Assembly (NCBI GenBank): GCA_964568775.1
Contig: CAZMQW010000002.1
Location: 4,354-68,353 of the forward strand
DNA length: 64,000 bases
Source of the DNA: an uncultured Candidatus Saccharibacteria bacterium
GTDB lineage: Bacteria; Patescibacteriota; Minisyncoccia; Minisyncoccales; MHMH01
Reading direction: 5' to 3'
Part shown: positions 27,463 through 37,448 of the stretch, piece by piece
Layout: every line of letters starts with the position of its first letter
How positions within the stretch are numbered: the first letter of the stretch is position 1
Position numbers and translations under genes: made by a program
Notes under the pieces: model-generated
Told to the model about the DNA's origin: nothing
Seen by the model: the letters and a program-made list of their open reading frames with translations, nothing else
Database searches by the model: none

Positions 27463-28392
27463 TCAACGCCTGGCAACCTTAAACTCTATATTATTTTTGC
27501 CGCGAGCTTTGGTGGAATAATACCGAGTTAAATCTTCAGCTTTTTTAATGATCTTTGGAGCAATCTTTTTTTGGCTATAATTCCTAATTAAAGTTAAGGG
27601 CCCGGGGCAATCTTTCATTTCAATCAAAACATCTCCTTTTCTGGCTAGCTTCTTAATTTTTTTGTTTTCTTTTTCATTTCTCCCGACAATAATTTTCACT
27701 TTACCTTGCCAAAAATGCCTCCCCAGTTTTAACGTCCCAATATCGTTACCCTCGCACTCGGGACAAATCCTTAAAAGCTCTTTTAGCTTTTTACCAAATT
27801 CCGAATCGGTCAAAAGGCAACCGCCGGCTGGAGTGGGATACCATTTAATCCGCCACTCCTTGGCTAAAGCGATCTGTCTTTTCCTGGAACGGCCGCTGAT
27901 ATCTAAAAGTTTATCCCGATTGATAATACCTTTCTCTTCGAGGATAGTCGGTTTCAGTAATTCGGCTGAAAGCGGCCTTAATAAATAACCGCTCAAAGAA
28001 GATTCTTTCTCAATCAATTTTAAGGCGCCGGTATTTTGCGACATCGGCCGCTCGCCCAATACTTCGCCGGTTGCCACCAAATCAAATTTCCCTTTTTTCA
28101 TTACCTCTTTGGCTTTCTTCAACATTAGAATATGGCAGTCAATACATGGATTCATGGCCCGGCCGTATCCGTAGCTCGGCTTTTTGACCATCTTTAAATG
28201 CTCTCGGGAAATATCAATAACTTTTAAGGGTATCCTTAAAACCTCGGCTGCCTTTTTAGCCTGTTTTGAATCAAAAAAATAGCTCTTAAAAGAAAGAGCC
28301 GTAACTTTTATCCCCTGCTTTTTTAACAGCTGAGCGGCCAGGATTGAATCTAAGCCTCCTGACAATAAAATCAGCGCTTTAACTTTTTCCAT
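27463..28392 (-). CDS. PP-loop superfamily ATPase, tRNA thiolation enzyme-like (MnmA/ThiI-like)
   Basis: PP-loop SGGLDS near the N-terminus. NPCIDCH, DLVATGEV and PAGGCLLTD echo MnmA catalytic-Cys regions. The ORF is open to 28437 but I prefer the Met before the PP-loop (MEKVKALILLSGG). Confidence 0.55.
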   Translation of the reverse strand: MEKVKALILLSGGLDSILAAQLLKKQGIKVTALSFKSYFFDSKQAKKAAEVLRIPLKVIDISREHLKMVKKPSYGYGRAMNPCIDCHILMLKKAKEVMKKGKFDLVATGEVLGERPMSQNTGALKLIEKESSLSGYLLRPLSAELLKPTILEEKGIINRDKLLDISGRSRKRQIALAKEWRIKWYPTPAGGCLLTDSEFGKKLKELLRICPECEGNDIGTLKLGRHFWQGKVKIIVGRNEKENKKIKKLARKGDVLIEMKDCPGPLTLIRNYSQKKIAPKIIKKAEDLTRYYSTKARGKNNIEFKVARR

Positions 28393-29539
28393 TGGTAAAT
28401 TTGGTGTAAAACGTCTTATTGTCTTCGATGTCTTCAAATACTACTGAAGCTGGGCCAATCTTGACGTTTGAACCAATCAGAGTCCCGGGCATCAAAGAGG
28501 AATTGATACCGATATGAGAACTCCTGCCGACAATTACCCCCAAGGACTTAAGATTAGTTTCTTTTATCTTTCCCCTGTCCAATCTGACGTTACCCGTAAC
28601 CGTACCAGCTCCGACCCGACAGCCTTCGCCGAGGATTGAATCGCCGAAATAGCCGGAGTGGACGTGAACGTTCGGCTGAAAAAGAGATCGGGCCACCTCG
28701 GCTTGAGCGCCGACCACTACTCCTTCTTCTAAATCAGTGTAGTCTCTGACTAAGGCATTGTTTCCCACAACACAGTTATCACCAATATAACAAGGTCCTT
28801 TAACGACAGCTCCCTTTAAAATCTTGACGTTTTTGCCCAGTCTATTTTTTTTACCCAATTTTTTATCAAATAAGTATCTGGCCAAAGAAAACAAATGCCA
28901 AGGATGTTTCAGGGTAGAAAAATCTTCCCGAGCCTCGACAAAACCAACCTTGCCTTCTTTGATATAAAGTTTTAGTGCTTCTTCAAAAGAATAATGCTCT
29001 TGCGGCAAGCGCTGGTGATATTCAAAAAAGGTAGGCGGGAGCAAATAAACAGCGTCTAATTTTATATTGGATGGCTCCTGCCCCTTGGCCGGCTTTTCAA
29101 CCAAGCCTTTGACTTTATCGTTCTCTATTTTCAAAACTCCGTAATGCCAAGGCTGGTCGGTTTTTACCCCCAATAGAACAATTTCCTTTTTCTTTTTATT
29201 CATCTCCGAAACATAGTCGCCCGCATTTACTTTGTGCCCGCCGACAACAAAGAAAGGGCCGGATATTAGTTCGCGGGTCCGTGAAACTGCCTCACCCATG
29301 CCTTTTGGTTCCGGCTGGACAATGTATTTGATATCTCCGCATTTATAGTCTTTCAACCCTTCTTCAATATCTTTTTCGGGCCCCTGAATAATGATAATGT
29401 CTTTTACACCGGCTTTTTTGAGACTTTCAATAGTGTAATAAATCAAAGGCTTGCCCATTATTTTAAAAAGGGCTTTGTTCTGATAATTCAAAGGCCAGAA
29501 ACGGGAACTTTCTCCGGCAGCTAAAATTATTGCTGGCAT
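28379..29539 (-). CDS. sugar-phosphate nucleotidyltransferase with C-terminal left-handed beta-helix domain (GlmU-like architecture)
   Basis: 386 aa. N-terminus MPAIILAAGESSRFWPL (NTP-transferase G-x-G-x-R motif). C-terminal hexapeptide repeats (IGDNCVVGNNALV..., VGAGTVTGNV). Confidence 0.7.
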   Translation of the reverse strand: MPAIILAAGESSRFWPLNYQNKALFKIMGKPLIYYTIESLKKAGVKDIIIIQGPEKDIEEGLKDYKCGDIKYIVQPEPKGMGEAVSRTRELISGPFFVVGGHKVNAGDYVSEMNKKKKEIVLLGVKTDQPWHYGVLKIENDKVKGLVEKPAKGQEPSNIKLDAVYLLPPTFFEYHQRLPQEHYSFEEALKLYIKEGKVGFVEAREDFSTLKHPWHLFSLARYLFDKKLGKKNRLGKNVKILKGAVVKGPCYIGDNCVVGNNALVRDYTDLEEGVVVGAQAEVARSLFQPNVHVHSGYFGDSILGEGCRVGAGTVTGNVRLDRGKIKETNLKSLGVIVGRSSHIGINSSLMPGTLIGSNVKIGPASVVFEDIEDNKTFYTKFTNGKS

Positions 29540-30528
29540 AGTTTTAGGATTATTTTGGCTATTTTTTGTGGATCGTGAAGAACCATTGTTCTTTGATTGG
29601 CTCCCTCGACCATGGTGTCGGCCGGATTTAACTCGCGGATGTTCTGACGTAAAACGTCTTCGCCGATGAAATTCTCTTTACCGAGTAAATCTTGGCCGTA
29701 TTTTATAAACTCTGCCTTGGGAAAAACTTTCTTCACCTCGGCGGCCGCTTCTCCGGATAATTCTCCGGTGTTGAAAATGACGTAATCAATAACGTCTTTG
29801 CCTATATATTTTTCCAGCTCAGCCACGAAATCTTCCACTGAGAAACCGTCGGTGTTGCCTTCCTGGGTCATTAAATTACAGATAAAAACTTTCTTGGCTT
29901 TAGCTTCTCTGACGGCTTTCTTGATCCCCGGTATTAAAAAACTGGGAATAACGCTGGTATAGAATTTGCCCGGGCCGATGACAATTAAATCTGCTTCATT
30001 AATCGCCGCCACTGCTCTGGGATTTTCTTTGGGTTCGGGGTCCAAATATGTCCTGGCAATCCCTGTTTCGGATAAATGAGCGCAGTCAATAATACTTTCT
30101 TCGTCTGCCAGTTTTTCGCCGTTCTTCAGCTCAACTTTTATGTCTGAACCATCTAAGGTCACGGGGATGACATCTTCTTCCACCCCCAGCTCTTTTTGGC
30201 AGATGCTTATTGATTCGCTGAATCCTTTGGCAACCGCCAAATCTTTTAGTCTGATGTTGCCCTTGGCGTGACCTTTTAAATCGCCTTCGGCGTAGCGGGA
30301 ATTAAACTCCCGCGCTTTGTCTTTTTCTTTAGCTAGAGCGACCAGTGTCTGTCTGATGTCTCCCATCGGCAGGACGCCGAATTCCTCTCTCAACTTACCG
30401 CTGGAGCCGCCGCTGTCAAACATTGTCACCACAGCGGTCAGATTCACTGGATATTTCTGCAACCCGGACAAAACAACTGGCACGCCGGTTCCTCCGCCCA
30501 AGCAGACTATTTTTTTAGCTTTTTCCAT
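29527..30528 (-). CDS. YvcK/CofD-family protein (gluconeogenesis factor / 2-phospho-L-lactate transferase family)
   Basis: 333 aa. N-terminus KIVCLGGGTGVPVVLSGL, typical of UPF0052/CofD. Confidence 0.8.
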   Translation of the reverse strand: MEKAKKIVCLGGGTGVPVVLSGLQKYPVNLTAVVTMFDSGGSSGKLREEFGVLPMGDIRQTLVALAKEKDKAREFNSRYAEGDLKGHAKGNIRLKDLAVAKGFSESISICQKELGVEEDVIPVTLDGSDIKVELKNGEKLADEESIIDCAHLSETGIARTYLDPEPKENPRAVAAINEADLIVIGPGKFYTSVIPSFLIPGIKKAVREAKAKKVFICNLMTQEGNTDGFSVEDFVAELEKYIGKDVIDYVIFNTGELSGEAAAEVKKVFPKAEFIKYGQDLLGKENFIGEDVLRQNIRELNPADTMVEGANQRTMVLHDPQKIAKIILKLCQQ

Positions 30529-31087
30529 GTTTTTTGGCTAAAGCGAAGGTTTTTTGGTTTACCTTTAAAAACTGCTTGGGAATTACTTTTTTAATGGCGG
30601 CTTCAACCGCCTCAGGCGGCAGAGGAATCATATTTTCAAAAGTAGCCAGACTCAAAAGATAAACGCCGGCAGTTACCCCGCTTACTTCAACCGTTTTTAT
30701 TTTTTTGGTTATCTTTTTGAGCGCAGCTGTAATTTGTTTTTCGGTCAAAGTTTTTTGCAGAGGTATAGGCACAGCGTACCGATTTATTAAAAAAGTGGTT
30801 TTCGGGCTGGCAAAAAAGCCCGCCCTCAAAGCCTCCTGCATCTCCAAAGCAATAACCAAATCGGCTTTAGCTTGAGGCACCATCGGTGAATATATTTCTT
30901 TGCCGAATCTGATATGGACTTCAACCGAACCGCCTCGCTGGCTGAGGCCGTGGAGTTCGGAAGTTTTAACATCAAACCCAGAAGCCAGAGCAGCTTCGGC
31001 GATAATCTGCAAAAGAGTAATCAGCCCCTGTCCTCCGACCCCGACAATGACGATATTAAACTGGTCTACTTTTTGACGAATTTGCAT
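30515..31087 (-). CDS. 2-oxoacid:ferredoxin oxidoreductase gamma subunit (IorB/PorG-like)
   Basis: 190 aa with IVIVGVGGQGLITL...GFDVKTSELHGLSQRGGSVEVHIRFG, the POR gamma-domain signature. Confidence 0.75.
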   Translation of the reverse strand: MQIRQKVDQFNIVIVGVGGQGLITLLQIIAEAALASGFDVKTSELHGLSQRGGSVEVHIRFGKEIYSPMVPQAKADLVIALEMQEALRAGFFASPKTTFLINRYAVPIPLQKTLTEKQITAALKKITKKIKTVEVSGVTAGVYLLSLATFENMIPLPPEAVEAAIKKVIPKQFLKVNQKTFALAKKHGKS

Positions 31088-32649
31088 GGATGTCTGGCGA
31101 TAATTACCGAAACTTCTTTTTTGTTGACGAATTCTTTAACCGTTTTAATGAATTCAGTCTGGTCGACCGGGTCAATGATTTTCAGATTCTTAATTCCAAG
31201 GGCCCGAACAATGTTTTCTATCTTGAGCCCTTTTATGCCCGGATGGGGCTGATGGCCGGTCATAGCCGTGGTTTGGTTGTCTAAAACAATAACTAAAGGA
31301 TTGGATTTATTGAAAACCGTGTTGATCAAAGGCGGTATGCCGGCGTGAAAAAAGGTTGAATCGCCGATAAAAGCAATCAGTTTCTGGCCAGTCGCTTTTT
31401 TGATGCCGTGAGCTATGCCGATTGAAGAACCCATGCAGCTCAGATAATCCTGAATAAAAAGAGGCGGGGTGCCAGCCAGCATGTAACAACCGATGTCGCC
31501 GCCGAACACTACCTCTTTGGGGTTAACCGCTTTTTTGACTCCGTTGAAAACAAACCAGTAAGGGCAACCGGGGCAGAATTGCGGCCGGCGCTTTAAAACT
31601 GGCAACTTTTTTTCTGGCAACCGATATTTCCTGTTAAGAATTTTAGCTAAAGCCGAGGTTACCAGGCCCGGTTTTAATTCGCCGACTTCGGGCAGCAGGT
31701 TCTTGCCGAAAACTTGAAGAGAGCAGTTTACTTCCTTTGCTAAAACTTTGACTTCTCTCTCTAAATACGGCTCCAATTCTTCAACTACCAGAACCTTCTT
31801 CAGATTTTTAATGAATGATTTAATCTTTCTTTCCGGTAAAGGATAAAAGAAATTAAGTTTTAAAACCGGCAAAGAAAGTTTTAGTTCTTTAAAAGCTTCT
31901 TTAACGTATAAATAGGAAACGCCGGAGGTAATGATGCCAATATTGGGAACTGAACTATTTTTACCCAATATTGAACCTCGTTCAGTCTCAGCCAATTGGC
32001 CAATCTGCTTGATTTTATCAAGCATTTCTTTTTTCATCTCCATTACCCGAGGCGGCATGGTAACGAATTTGTCAGTGTTTTTGATGAATTTGCCAGTAGA
32101 AGCTTTTTTCAACGGCAAAGTGTCAAGCTTCACCGGCATTTTCTGATGAGATACTCTGGTGGTTGTCCTGATCATGACTGGAATTTTGTATCTGGCTGAA
32201 ATCTGAAAGGCCAACTTGGTAAAATCCTTGCATTCCTGGGGATCAGCCGGCTCTAAAATAGGTATGTGGGCTAAATAAGCAAAAGCCCGACTGTTTTCTT
32301 CTGACTGGGCCGAACTGTGGCAGGAAGGATCATCGGCCACCAAGATTACCGTCGGGCCCTTGGTGCCGGTGTAGACAAAAGGCAATAGAGCGTCTGAGGC
32401 TACGTTCAAACCAAAGTTTTTCATGGCCACCAGAGTTTTTAACCCTGAAAAAGAAGCACCTACACCAGCTTCCAAGGCGACTTTCTCGTTGACAGAAAAC
32501 TCAAAATAGACTCCGTGCCTGGGAGCTATCTTAAAGAAAGTATTGCCGATCTCAGAGGCTGGCGTGCCCGGATAAGTGGAAACAAACTGCACTCCACTCT
32601 CCAGGGCCCCCCTGACAATAGCTTCGTTACCGAGTAAGATTTTCTTCAT
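31066..32649 (-). CDS. 2-oxoacid:ferredoxin oxidoreductase, fused alpha/beta (TPP-binding) subunit, IorA-like but without ferredoxin domain
   Basis: 527 aa. N-terminal alpha-domain start KKILLGNEAIVRGALESGVQFVSTYPGTPASEI. C-terminal beta/TPP domain (GGDIGCY...GDSTFFHAGIPPLINTV...DNQTTAMTGHQ). No 2x[4Fe-4S] CxxCxxCxxxCP motifs seen. Confidence 0.7.
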   Translation of the reverse strand: MKKILLGNEAIVRGALESGVQFVSTYPGTPASEIGNTFFKIAPRHGVYFEFSVNEKVALEAGVGASFSGLKTLVAMKNFGLNVASDALLPFVYTGTKGPTVILVADDPSCHSSAQSEENSRAFAYLAHIPILEPADPQECKDFTKLAFQISARYKIPVMIRTTTRVSHQKMPVKLDTLPLKKASTGKFIKNTDKFVTMPPRVMEMKKEMLDKIKQIGQLAETERGSILGKNSSVPNIGIITSGVSYLYVKEAFKELKLSLPVLKLNFFYPLPERKIKSFIKNLKKVLVVEELEPYLEREVKVLAKEVNCSLQVFGKNLLPEVGELKPGLVTSALAKILNRKYRLPEKKLPVLKRRPQFCPGCPYWFVFNGVKKAVNPKEVVFGGDIGCYMLAGTPPLFIQDYLSCMGSSIGIAHGIKKATGQKLIAFIGDSTFFHAGIPPLINTVFNKSNPLVIVLDNQTTAMTGHQPHPGIKGLKIENIVRALGIKNLKIIDPVDQTEFIKTVKEFVNKKEVSVIIARHPCKFVKK

Positions 32650-32652
32650 ATT

Positions 32653-34461
32653 TTATTCAACGGTGACTGATTTGGCCAAGTTTCTCGGCTTATCAACATC
32701 GCACCCCCTTAACACTCCCATATGATAGGCAAAAAGCTGTAAAGGTATAACGCTCAGAATAGGAGTTAACATTTCCAAAGTCTTGGGAATATAGATGACA
32801 TCGTCAGCCACTTTTTTTATTGCCTCATTTCCCTGAGTAGCCAAAGCAATAATCGGACCCTTCCTGGCCTTAACCTCTTCCATATTGGCCACTACTTTCT
32901 CGTAAACCGAATCAGACGGGCAAATGGCAAAAGTGGGGAAATTTTCATCGATCAAAGCCAGCGGCCCGTGTTTCATCTCTCCCGCACAATAGCCTTCAGC
33001 GTGAATATAGGATATCTCTTTCAATTTCAAAGCTCCCTCCAGGGCGATAGGATAGTTGTATTTGCGGCCAAGGAAAAAGAAATTAGAATAATTTTGGTAT
33101 TTTTCAACCAAGCTCTTGATTTCCCCGTCCAATTTCAAAACCTCTCTAACTAATTCGGGAAGTCTTTTGAGCTCTCGGGCAATTCGCTGGCCTATCACCA
33201 TGGAGAGTTGATTTTGTCGGCCCAAAAACAAGGTAAAAAGGGCTAAAATAATCAGTTGGGAGGTAAAGGCTTTGGTTGAAGCTACCCCAATCTCTGGTCC
33301 AGCGTGATTATAAATGCCGACATCGGTTTCCCTGGCTAGGGAAGAGGCAATCGTGTTGATGATGCCGATACTTGTAATACCTTTTTCTTTTACTTCTCTC
33401 AAGGCAGAGAGAGTGTCAGCGGTTTCACCTGATTGGGATATAAAAATGGCAACTGTTTTTTTGTCCAGAACCGACTTGCGGTAGCGGAACTCGGAAGCCA
33501 GATCAACGTCTACCGGAAAATTGGCGTATTCTTCCAGCATATATTCCCCAACCATGCCAGCGTGATAAGCCGTACCGCAGGCAACGATGTTCAACCTTTC
33601 AACTTCTCTTAGTTTTTCTTTAATCACATCCAATCCTCCCAACTTGACCAAGCCTTCCTCTATCAACAGCCTGCCTTTTAAAGCGTTATCAATACTTAAA
33701 GGCTGCTCCATGATTTCTTTGAGCATAAAGTGAGGATAGCCTTTTTTCTGAGCTTCTTCCGCCTCGACTGTTAATATTTCGGGCTGCTTTTCTTTCAGTA
33801 TGAAAAAGTCCTGGGGGGTGATAATGGCGATCTCGTTGTCGTCCAGGTTGATTACTTTTTTGGCATAAGGGCTGATGGCATTGGCGTCGGAAGCAACAAT
33901 ATATTCATCGTCGTTAGTCCCGATTAGAAGAGGACTAGACAGGCGGGCGGCCACGATTTTTTGCGGGTCATCTCTGGAAATAACGACAATGCCGTAAGTT
34001 CCTTTCACCAATTTTAAGGCCTTCCTGACCGCTGTTTCCAGGTTGCCCTCGAAATGCTTCTCAATCAAATGGGCCATGACCTCGGTATCGGTTTCAGAGG
34101 TAAACTGGTGGCCCTCTTTAATAAGATTTTCTTTGAGTTCCGAATAGTTTTCAATAATGCCGTTGTGCACCAAATAGATATTGCCCTTGCAATCACAATG
34201 GGGATGGGCGTTAGCTTCGGTGGCGGCGCCGGTGGTCGCCCAACGAACGTGGCCCAAGCCGATGGCGCTGTTGAAATGGTTGTCTACTAATTTACTTTCC
34301 AGGTTCTCTAGCTTGCCGACAGCTTTGAGGCAAACTAACTGATTGTTTTCCAAAACAACAAGGCCCGAGGAGTCATATCCCCGGTAGCTTTCTCTTCTTA
34401 AGCCGTCAAGCAAAATAGGTACGGCGTTCTTTTTGCCGATGTAGCCGACTATACCACACAT
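32653..34461 (-). CDS. glmS: glutamine--fructose-6-phosphate aminotransferase
   Basis: 602 aa. Ntn-Cys start MCGIVGYIG. Two SIS domains. Ends ...VTVE. Confidence 0.95.
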   Translation of the reverse strand: MCGIVGYIGKKNAVPILLDGLRRESYRGYDSSGLVVLENNQLVCLKAVGKLENLESKLVDNHFNSAIGLGHVRWATTGAATEANAHPHCDCKGNIYLVHNGIIENYSELKENLIKEGHQFTSETDTEVMAHLIEKHFEGNLETAVRKALKLVKGTYGIVVISRDDPQKIVAARLSSPLLIGTNDDEYIVASDANAISPYAKKVINLDDNEIAIITPQDFFILKEKQPEILTVEAEEAQKKGYPHFMLKEIMEQPLSIDNALKGRLLIEEGLVKLGGLDVIKEKLREVERLNIVACGTAYHAGMVGEYMLEEYANFPVDVDLASEFRYRKSVLDKKTVAIFISQSGETADTLSALREVKEKGITSIGIINTIASSLARETDVGIYNHAGPEIGVASTKAFTSQLIILALFTLFLGRQNQLSMVIGQRIARELKRLPELVREVLKLDGEIKSLVEKYQNYSNFFFLGRKYNYPIALEGALKLKEISYIHAEGYCAGEMKHGPLALIDENFPTFAICPSDSVYEKVVANMEEVKARKGPIIALATQGNEAIKKVADDVIYIPKTLEMLTPILSVIPLQLFAYHMGVLRGCDVDKPRNLAKSVTVE

Positions 34462-34463
34462 AA

Positions 34464-36881
34464 TTAAACAACGATATTGATTAGTTTCCCTTTGATAAAT
34501 ATCACCTTTTTCACTTTTTTATTCAATATGTGCTTTTTAACTTTTTCTCGGGCTAAAGTCAATTCTTTGGCCTCTTTCTCGGAGATGCCAGCTTTAACCT
34601 CGATTCTGTCCCGAACCCTGCCGTTAACCTGAATAATTAGGGTCGTTATTTTTTCTTTGATCAGTTTTTTATCGTATTGGGGCCATTTTTCCAAAAAGAT
34701 GCTCTTTTTATGGCCTAGTCTTTGCCATAATTCTTCGGCCAGGTGGGGAGAAAAGGGAGAAAGTAGAATTAAAAACTTTTCAATTATCTCCCGGCCAGTT
34801 TCTTTTTTGTTTAGCTGAACCAAGTTGATAAACTCCATGAAGCTAGCGACAGTGGTGTTAAACTTTGTCGCGGCCATATCTTCGTCTATCTTTTTATTAA
34901 GCTTGTGGAGTGCTCTTAAAACTTCTGGGCTGGTTTTTTTATTTCCCTGGCAATCCAAAACTACTTTCCAGGCTCTTTCCAAAAAGCGATAGGCTCCTTT
35001 GACTCCCTGGGTGCTCCAAGAAATCGTCTGGTCGAATGGACCCATAAACATTTCATACATTCTTAAGGTGTCTGCTCCATATTGTTTAATAATGTCGTCG
35101 GGGTTGATGACGTTGCCGAAAGACTTGGACATCTTCCGGCCGTCTTCGGCCAAAACAATGCCCTGAGAGGTTCTCCTTTGATAGGGCTCCGGAGTTGGCG
35201 CTACTTTAATGTCAAAAAGGAATTTGTAGACGAACCTTGAGTACAAAAGGTGCAAAGTAGTATGCTCCATGCCCCCGTTATACCAATCAACCGGCAGCCA
35301 GTATTTTAATTTCTTTTTATCGGCCAAAGATTTATCGTTGCGAGGGTCGGTATAACGCATGAAATACCAGTTAGAGCCGGCCCAATTGGGCATAGTGTCG
35401 GTTTCTCTCTTAGCCGGTCCTTTACATTTGGGACATTTAACGTTAACCCATTCGGTGATATTAGCCAAGGGCGACTCGCCAGTGGCGGTCGGCTGATATT
35501 TTTCAACGTAAGGCAACTCAACCGGCAAAGCTTTTTCCGGTACGGCTACTGCCCCGCATTTTTCACAATGAATAATCGGAATGGGCTCGCCCCAGTAGTG
35601 CTGGCGCGAAAAAACCCAGTCCCGCAATCTGTATTGGAGTTTTTTCCTGCCCAATCCTTTTCCCTCTAAGCTCTTGGTGATTTTTTTAATTGCTTCTTGG
35701 GAAGATAGACCATCAAACTTATTGGAATTGATCAAAATACCGTAATCAACAAAAGCATCTTTGGAAATATTGCCACCGGAAACAACTTCCTTAATTCTCA
35801 AATCGTACTTTTTGGCAAAATCATAATCGCGGTAATCGTGGGCTGGCACCATCATTACAGCTCCCCCGCCGTAAGATGCCACCACATAGTCGCCGACCCA
35901 AACCGGCACCTTCTCATTGCTCAACGGATTTAAGCAATAACTTCCGGTGAAAATGCCAGTTTTTTCTTTTTCAGCTGTTTCTCTTTCAAAATCGCTTTTA
36001 TTTTTAGCGTCATTGATATATTTTGCTACTTTGTCTTTATTCTCTTTAATAACCAATTGCTCAACTAAAGGATGCTCTGGCGCCAAAACAATAGCTGTCG
36101 TGCCAAAAAGAGTGTCGGCTCTCGTGGTAAAAACTTTAATACTGTCTTTAAAGCCCTCAACTTTAAAATCAATCTCAGTGCCATAGCTTTTGCCGATCCA
36201 ATTTATCTGCTGCGCCTTGACTTTATCGGGATAATCCAATTTTTTAAGATCGCCAATCAGCCTATCGGCATAATCGGTAATTTTAATCATCCATTGTTTC
36301 AAAACTTTCTTCTCAACCGGAGTACCGCAGCGCTCGCAATCACCCGAAACTACTTCTTCGTTCGCCAAACCAATCTTACAGGATGGACACCAGTTAATCG
36401 GCATTTCTGCTTGATAAGCTAGCCCCTTTTCAAAAAGTTTTAGGAAAATCCATTGAGTCCATTTATAGTATCCTGGTTCTGTGGTGTTAATTTCACGATT
36501 CCAATCAAAAGAAAGGCCCAAAGATTTTAATTGCTTCTTGAAGATTTTAATATTTTTCTCGGTGGCTACCTGGGGATGAATGCCGGTTTTCAAGGCGTAG
36601 TTCTCGGTCGGCAGACCAAATGCATCCCAACCAATTGGGAATAAAACATTATATCCTTCCATTCTCTTTTTCCGGACAATAGCGTCCAAAGCCGCATAGC
36701 TGCGGACGTGACCGACATGAAGACCATCGCCCGAAGGATAAGGGAATTCAACCAAAATATACTGCTTTTTTGAAGCACCGTCTTTAGCTTGGTAGAATTT
36801 ATTTTCTTCCCAATATTTCTGCCACTTGGATTCAATCGCTTGAGGATTATAATCTGTCATAGCTATGTCTAAGTTTATCAT
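34464..36881 (-). CDS. leuS: leucyl-tRNA synthetase
   Basis: 805 aa. HIGH motif PYPSGDGLHVGHV, KMSKS motif (KMSKSFGN) and the LeuRS-specific editing domain. Confidence 0.95.
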   Translation of the reverse strand: MINLDIAMTDYNPQAIESKWQKYWEENKFYQAKDGASKKQYILVEFPYPSGDGLHVGHVRSYAALDAIVRKKRMEGYNVLFPIGWDAFGLPTENYALKTGIHPQVATEKNIKIFKKQLKSLGLSFDWNREINTTEPGYYKWTQWIFLKLFEKGLAYQAEMPINWCPSCKIGLANEEVVSGDCERCGTPVEKKVLKQWMIKITDYADRLIGDLKKLDYPDKVKAQQINWIGKSYGTEIDFKVEGFKDSIKVFTTRADTLFGTTAIVLAPEHPLVEQLVIKENKDKVAKYINDAKNKSDFERETAEKEKTGIFTGSYCLNPLSNEKVPVWVGDYVVASYGGGAVMMVPAHDYRDYDFAKKYDLRIKEVVSGGNISKDAFVDYGILINSNKFDGLSSQEAIKKITKSLEGKGLGRKKLQYRLRDWVFSRQHYWGEPIPIIHCEKCGAVAVPEKALPVELPYVEKYQPTATGESPLANITEWVNVKCPKCKGPAKRETDTMPNWAGSNWYFMRYTDPRNDKSLADKKKLKYWLPVDWYNGGMEHTTLHLLYSRFVYKFLFDIKVAPTPEPYQRRTSQGIVLAEDGRKMSKSFGNVINPDDIIKQYGADTLRMYEMFMGPFDQTISWSTQGVKGAYRFLERAWKVVLDCQGNKKTSPEVLRALHKLNKKIDEDMAATKFNTTVASFMEFINLVQLNKKETGREIIEKFLILLSPFSPHLAEELWQRLGHKKSIFLEKWPQYDKKLIKEKITTLIIQVNGRVRDRIEVKAGISEKEAKELTLAREKVKKHILNKKVKKVIFIKGKLINIVV

Positions 36882-36929
36882 AAAAAAACAGCTTTCTCAA
36901 GCTGATTTTGATCGTGAATTAATTATATT

Positions 36930-37436
36930 TTACTTCCTTATATGCTTTAAAGCCTGCTCAACTCTTTCATTAACCGAACCCGTTAAAGTGATATATTTTA
37001 TATTTTTCTCATCTAAAAATTCCTTGTAGGTGGCATCAACAACCGGCTGTAAATCCTTGCTTCTAAAACCATCTTCCTCCATCGGGAATTCAACTGGGAG
37101 ATAAAAAACAAAGTCGTAGTTAGCATTTCTCTCAATGAATTTTTCAACCATCGCCATAATCTCTTCATCTTTTATAACTATCTTTCCGTAAACTAAATAA
37201 TCATACAGACATTTATCCGCTACCCAAGGTTCTTTAGTAGTAGTTTCCAAAAACCACTGCTGGGCAGCCAACCAAAGCTGCAAATCGGCTGGGGTGTTCT
37301 CATTAATAGCAACTCCTTTAGGTATTACCTCTTCTCTGACTATATCATGAATGTAATTTCCATTTATCGCTTTGGCCAAAGCCTTGGCGAATTCAGTTTT
37401 CCCAGCGCCGTGTGTTGCGGTGATTGCGATTTTCAT
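36930..37436 (-). CDS. P-loop NTPase, AAA_28/NadR-type nucleoside kinase-like
   Basis: 168 aa. Walker A IAITATHGAGKTEFAKAL. No other recognisable domains. Confidence 0.45.
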   Translation of the reverse strand: MKIAITATHGAGKTEFAKALAKAINGNYIHDIVREEVIPKGVAINENTPADLQLWLAAQQWFLETTTKEPWVADKCLYDYLVYGKIVIKDEEIMAMVEKFIERNANYDFVFYLPVEFPMEEDGFRSKDLQPVVDATYKEFLDEKNIKYITLTGSVNERVEQALKHIRK

Positions 37437-37448
37437 AATTTACCTAAT

